A DNA stretch of 64,000 bases from NCBI GenBank assembly GCA_965228735.1, contig OZ245838.1:1403011-1467010 (forward strand). Direction: 5' to 3'. This DNA is from Planctomycetota bacterium. Its GTDB lineage: Bacteria > Planctomycetota > UBA1135 > UBA2386. The notes beneath the pieces were generated by a model that saw only the letters and a list, made by a program, of their open reading frames with translations, was not told the DNA's origin and searched no databases. The position numbers and the translations under genes are program-made. Shown piece by piece: positions 60,058 to 64,000 of the stretch (positions are counted from its first letter, which is position 1; every line of letters starts with the position of its first letter).

Positions 60058-61569
60058 TCAGATCGCGCCGGCGACGAACCGGCGCAGCTCGTCCGTCGTC
60101 ACGGACTTGCCCGTGAACGACCGCACCTGCGACTTCGCCTGCTCGAGGAACATCTCGAGCCCGTGCACGACCCGCGCACCGACTGCTTTGGCGTCGCGCA
60201 GCAGGCGCGTCTCGTGCGGCCGATAGACCATGTCGAAGACCACGGTGCCGGGCTCCGGCACCCAGTCGGGCAGCGGCCGCTCGTCCGGGACGCGATCTGC
60301 CCCCGCGCTGCCGAGCGGCGTCGCGTTGACGACGACGCTGGGCCGCAGGCCGTCGGGCAACCGCGTGGACAGACTGCCGAGCCGGATGCCGTGGCGTTCG
60401 GCGAACGCGCGCACCCCGTCGATCGAACGCCCGAGGATCGTGACCTCGAAGCCGAGTTCGAGCAACGCGAAGGCGCCGGCGCGCGCGGCACCACCGGCGC
60501 CGAGCACCACGGCCGCGGGTTTCGCTGCCCCCGCGCCGGCCGACCCGCCAGGTCGTGAAACGACTTCGGCGAGAGCGCGCTGCACGCCCGCGACATCCGT
60601 GTTGTGACCCTCCCACCCTGCACCGTCGTCGACGGCCACGAGCGTGTTCACGACCTCGACCGCGGCGGCTTCTTCAGACCACCGCGCGCACCGCTCCGCC
60701 ATCGCGGCCTTGTGCGGCGCCGTCACCGACAGTCCGCCGACCCGGCCCGGCGGCAGCATGTCGAGGACGGCGTCGGGTCGCGAGGTCTCGAACGGCAGGT
60801 AGATCGCGTCCACCCCGAGCCGGCGGAACGCGCGGTTGTGGACCCATGGCCCGAGCGACTGCAGCGCGGGGTTGCCGAGCAGGCCGAAGATCCGCGTTCC
60901 GGCGCCGATCGTCTGCGCGCGGTAGAGGCCTTTCAGCAACGCGACGGGCAGCTGCCCGACCGCGGTCTCGGCGCCGCCCTCGAGACTGCCGTACACGAAC
61001 GGCGCGCCGTGCGCGAGCGCGAGCAGGCGCGTCGGCCAGGCGGTGCGTCCCATCGCGAACGCCACGGTCGGCGTCGCTGCCTGATCGATCGTTCGCAACA
61101 GCTCGAAGACCGGGGCGGCGTCAGCCAGGTCGTGCGCCGTCACGACGATCTTGGCGACCGCGCCCGGCACTTCGACGAGGCGCGCGTGGATCGCGTCGAG
61201 CTCGCGCGGCACGCCGGTGAAGCTGTGGAACGACCGCACGATGCGACGCAGACCGGTGCGGCCGGCCGGCGGCATCCAGCGATCGTCGATGTCGAGGTCG
61301 ACGCCTTCGGCGCCGGCGATCAGCGCCGCGGTCAGGAGCTCGCGCCGTTCACCGAGCGTGCCACGGAAGTGGCCGCCGTTCTCGGGCGTGTGGCACGTGA
61401 CGAGCACCGGCAGCCGCACCGCCGCGACCGCGGCCGCGACGTCCTCGTCGCTCGGCCAACGATCGAGCCGCAGCTCCAGCCAGTCCGCGCCGGCCATCGC
61501 GGCCGTCGCCCCGGCCCGCGCGACCTGCGCGACCGACTCGGCGAAGACGCTGGCGATGATGTCTGGCAT
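60058..61569 (-). CDS. aroE: Bifunctional type I 3-dehydroquinate dehydratase / shikimate dehydrogenase (AroD-AroE fusion)
   Basis: N-terminal WLELRLD, SFHSF, AFAMG; C-terminal SVTAPHK, VNT, NTD, LGAGGAA, NATPLG, DMVY, GLEMFLEQA. Confidence 0.92.
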   Translation of the reverse strand: MPDIIASVFAESVAQVARAGATAAMAGADWLELRLDRWPSDEDVAAAVAAVRLPVLVTCHTPENGGHFRGTLGERRELLTAALIAGAEGVDLDIDDRWMPPAGRTGLRRIVRSFHSFTGVPRELDAIHARLVEVPGAVAKIVVTAHDLADAAPVFELLRTIDQAATPTVAFAMGRTAWPTRLLALAHGAPFVYGSLEGGAETAVGQLPVALLKGLYRAQTIGAGTRIFGLLGNPALQSLGPWVHNRAFRRLGVDAIYLPFETSRPDAVLDMLPPGRVGGLSVTAPHKAAMAERCARWSEEAAAVEVVNTLVAVDDGAGWEGHNTDVAGVQRALAEVVSRPGGSAGAGAAKPAAVVLGAGGAARAGAFALLELGFEVTILGRSIDGVRAFAERHGIRLGSLSTRLPDGLRPSVVVNATPLGSAGADRVPDERPLPDWVPEPGTVVFDMVYRPHETRLLRDAKAVGARVVHGLEMFLEQAKSQVRSFTGKSVTTDELRRFVAGAI

Positions 61570-61684
61570 CCGGCGCGCGCAGCGTAGCAGAGCCGCGGGC
61601 CATTCTCTGCCGCCTACTCCCTACCGCTATGGCACTGCCGCTGGAGAACTGCGTCCGAAGAACTGCCGCCGGGGGTGCCGGCGC

Positions 61685-62557
61685 CTACCGATCGAGCAGG
61701 TCACGCAATCGGGCAGCCGACTGCGCATCGAGCCCGCGCTCCACGGCGAGGTCGATCGCCGCGACCATGAGCGCGCGGTAGCCCGGCACCGCGGCCGGAA
61801 CCCGCTGCCTCAGGGCCTCGAGGTGACGCGCGACCGTCGCATGATCACCGCGGCGAACGGGCCCCGACAGAGCGGCTGCGGCCCCGAGCTCGTTCGTGCC
61901 TGCGAGCGCCATCGTCATGAGCGCGGTCGCGATCCGATCGGCGTCGGCCGGCGCGAGGCCGCCGGCCGCTCCGAGCACCGTGTCGACCAGTCCGCGCAGC
62001 GCGACGAGCCCGTTCGCGGCCAACGCACAACCGGCGTGATACAGCGCCCGGGCCTCGGCGTTCCCGGCCATGACGACCGGGGTCATTGCCATGCCGTAGG
62101 CCAGTTTCTCGAGCAGCTCCATCGCCGCGGGATCACCCGTGATCACCGCCGGCTGCCCCGCCATCGCCCGGTACCCCGCTTCGGCGTCCGGGAACGGGGC
62201 GACCGGGTGCAGCGCACCGCGGCGCGCGCCACCCGCGCTCGCCGGCTCCAGCACGGTGAGGTCGTGGCTCCCGCTCGTGTGCACCCACAGACTGCAACTC
62301 CGCGGCGGCGCGGCGGCCGTGAGCCCGACCACCGTCGTCTCGAGGTCGGGATCACCGACGGCGACGAGCACGACGTGCCCTTCGACGTGGTCTCCGGGCT
62401 CGAGCACCCGCCCCACGCCGGCGAAGGCGACCGCGCGTTCGGCACCCGCACGCTGACGCCCGATGAAGCCGACGACCTCGAAGCCGCTCTCGTGCAGCCG
62501 GCGGCCGCACGCTGCGCCGACCCGACCCGGCCCGACGATGACGACCCGGACCGCCAT
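61685..62557 (-). CDS. Rossmann-like + DUF2520 domain oxidoreductase (PanG-like ketopantoate reductase candidate)
   Basis: IVGPGRVG, HTSGS, LHP, YHAGCALAAN, LSGPVRRGD. Confidence 0.8.
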   Translation of the reverse strand: MAVRVVIVGPGRVGAACGRRLHESGFEVVGFIGRQRAGAERAVAFAGVGRVLEPGDHVEGHVVLVAVGDPDLETTVVGLTAAAPPRSCSLWVHTSGSHDLTVLEPASAGGARRGALHPVAPFPDAEAGYRAMAGQPAVITGDPAAMELLEKLAYGMAMTPVVMAGNAEARALYHAGCALAANGLVALRGLVDTVLGAAGGLAPADADRIATALMTMALAGTNELGAAAALSGPVRRGDHATVARHLEALRQRVPAAVPGYRALMVAAIDLAVERGLDAQSAARLRDLLDR

Positions 62558-62578
62558 CAGGAACGCGCCCCCGCGGCG

Positions 62579-63181
62579 TCAGTCCGCGGCGTGACTGGCC
62601 GCACCGCCGTCGTCACCGGGCCCCGCACCACCGCCATCTCCGAGCTTCTGACGCTGCAACTCGCGCGCGGTTTGCCGCCGCTCGAGCTCTTCGATGTAGT
62701 CGTCGTCGACCATGTCGCTGAGCGCATCGAGGTCGTCGAACGTCTTGGGCTGGTAGCGCGGACCGTCACGTTGCGCTGCCTCGACCTCCTGCGCGTAGGC
62801 CTGCACGACCGCCTTGTGCACCTCGATCCGCGTCGCGCTGTTGATCGGGTGCGCGAGGTCGGCGTGCAGCTGCGAACGACCGCGTTCGTCCCGCGGCGCC
62901 CGCTCGGGATCGAGCCGAGCGCCGCACTGATTGCAGTAGGCCGCGCGCAGGTGGTTCTTGTGATGACAACTCGCGCAGTGGTCCGCGAGCTTGCGGCTCG
63001 GCATGGCGACGAACGGTCCACGGTTGCCATCGATGATCTTGAGGTCGCGCACGACGAACGCATTGTCGATCGTCACGCTGCAGTAGGCCTTGAGCTTGTT
63101 GCGGGGGTCGTCCGTGAGTTTGACGCGAACCTCCGTGATACGGAACCTCGGATCGCCGCGACGTTCTTTGCCCTTCGTCAC
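62579..63181 (-). CDS. spoVG: SpoVG family nucleic-acid-binding protein with Zn-ribbon insert and acidic tail
   Basis: [40 protein letters not shown]; GGGAGG RBS upstream of the GTG start. Confidence 0.9.
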   Translation of the reverse strand: MTKGKERRGDPRFRITEVRVKLTDDPRNKLKAYCSVTIDNAFVVRDLKIIDGNRGPFVAMPSRKLADHCASCHHKNHLRAAYCNQCGARLDPERAPRDERGRSQLHADLAHPINSATRIEVHKAVVQAYAQEVEAAQRDGPRYQPKTFDDLDALSDMVDDDYIEELERRQTARELQRQKLGDGGGAGPGDDGGAASHAAD

Positions 63182-63272
63182 TGTGGAACCCTCCCTGGGT
63201 CAGTGGCCGCCCGCCCGCTGCCTGAGCCCGCTGCCCGCGGGCGCCCGTGGCCCGGCGGCCGCGGGCCAACCG

Positions 63273-64000
63273 TCACCGCGCGGGCGCGACCCCGAGCCCG
63301 GGCACCGGCGTGATCGGCGGCAGGTCCGCGACCGTGCGGGCGCGGATCAGCTGCACGCCTTCGGCCAGGAGCGGCCCGAGCGCGCGCGCCGCTCGGTCGG
63401 CCCGGTCCGCCGCGTCGACCGCGAGGAACAGCGTCGAGCCGCTGCCCGTCACGACGACGGGGACGTCGGCGAGCTCGCTGGCCCGCCGCCGCAGCGTCGC
63501 CAACTCCGGCCGGACCGCTTCGGCCGCCGCAGTCAGATCGTTGCTGAACTCGATACGCCAAACGCAGTCCCTGGTGGTAGGCAGACTTGCGTCGCCACAA
63601 GTACCTTGCGGCGGACCGTCGTTCCAGTGCGCTGCAAAGTTTTTGTACACCGCTGCCGTTTCGCAATCGAACGGCGGCACCAGCAGCACCACGTGCCGCG
63701 TCGGGGCCTGCACCGGCGTGAGCACGTCGCCGACCCCGGTGCCCCAGGCGGCGCCGCCGAGCAGGAAGAACGCGACGTCCGCGCCGAGACCACTCGCCAA
63801 CGCCGGCAGGATGGCCGGATCCAGCGGCACCGGGAGCAGCGCGTTCGCGAGCCGCAGGGCGGCCGCGGCATCGCTGCTGCCCCCGCCGAGTCCGCCGCCG
63901 ACGGGCACCCGCTTGCGCAATAGCGCGCGGAATCCCGGCGCGTCGATCCCGGCCCGTGCCGCCGCTGCCTGCACCGCCGCGAGCGCCCGACCGACGAGGT
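63273..64000 (-). CDS. ispE: 4-diphosphocytidyl-2-C-methyl-D-erythritol kinase, 5' end truncated by the window edge
   Basis: (N)LVGRA, KRVPVGGGLGGGSSDAAA, LGADVAFF, NDL, VTGSGSTLF. Confidence 0.92.
   Translation of the reverse strand, partial: LVGRALAAVQAAAARAGIDAPGFRALLRKRVPVGGGLGGGSSDAAAALRLANALLPVPLDPAILPALASGLGADVAFFLLGGAAWGTGVGDVLTPVQAPTRHVVLLVPPFDCETAAVYKNFAAHWNDGPPQGTCGDASLPTTRDCVWRIEFSNDLTAAAEAVRPELATLRRRASELADVPVVVTGSGSTLFLAVDAADRADRAARALGPLLAEGVQLIRARTVADLPPITPVPGLGVAPAR

Noticed and set aside
62950-62990. CASCH in SpoVG as a c-type heme site
   Set aside because: Cytoplasmic protein without a signal peptide; the motif pairs with a second CxxC, indicating a Zn ribbon.

Overview
A GC-rich (roughly 70% by eye), gene-dense bacterial window. 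It is most likely from a Planctomycetota genome; this is inferred from the planctomycete-style ECF sigma + Ser/Thr kinase pair, the aroD-aroE fusion, the Zn-ribbon SpoVG and the many signal-peptide proteins. No rRNA, tRNA, CRISPR array, integrase or transposase was recognised. From left to right: a type IV pilus/T2SS-like operon (FHA protein, PilM-PilN fusion, PilO-like, TPR protein, two prepilins, a giant GspK/PilX-like protein running off the left edge); rsmE; a secreted protein; a GT-C glycosyltransferase; tricorn protease; rlmI-like; an AhpD-like gene with an in-frame UGA at a CxxU motif and a SECIS-like hairpin (probable selenoprotein); Nudix; two prenyltransferase-repeat paralogs; pheT-pheS-rplT-rpmI; an S46 peptidase; three paralogous ATP-grasp ligases around glgA; two tandem PKD proteins; an Sfp PPTase; a propeller-sialate O-acetylesterase fusion; a ~10 kb electron-conduit cluster; a kinase/ECF pair; aroDE; a DUF2520 protein; spoVG; partial ispE. 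The strongest candidate for an undescribed system is the cluster at 46693-56342. It encodes a ferredoxin/flavin-NAD(P)H/di-heme-b membrane fusion, a 23-heme cytochrome, an outer-membrane beta-barrel, a 7-heme lipoprotein and an 11-heme lipoprotein (41 CxxCH motifs in total), consistent with a cytoplasm-to-surface electron wire. Next in interest are the selenoprotein, a two-Cys C-terminal domain shared by three secreted proteins, and the ATP-grasp/glgA cluster. All family assignments come from motif recognition by eye; no database search was run.
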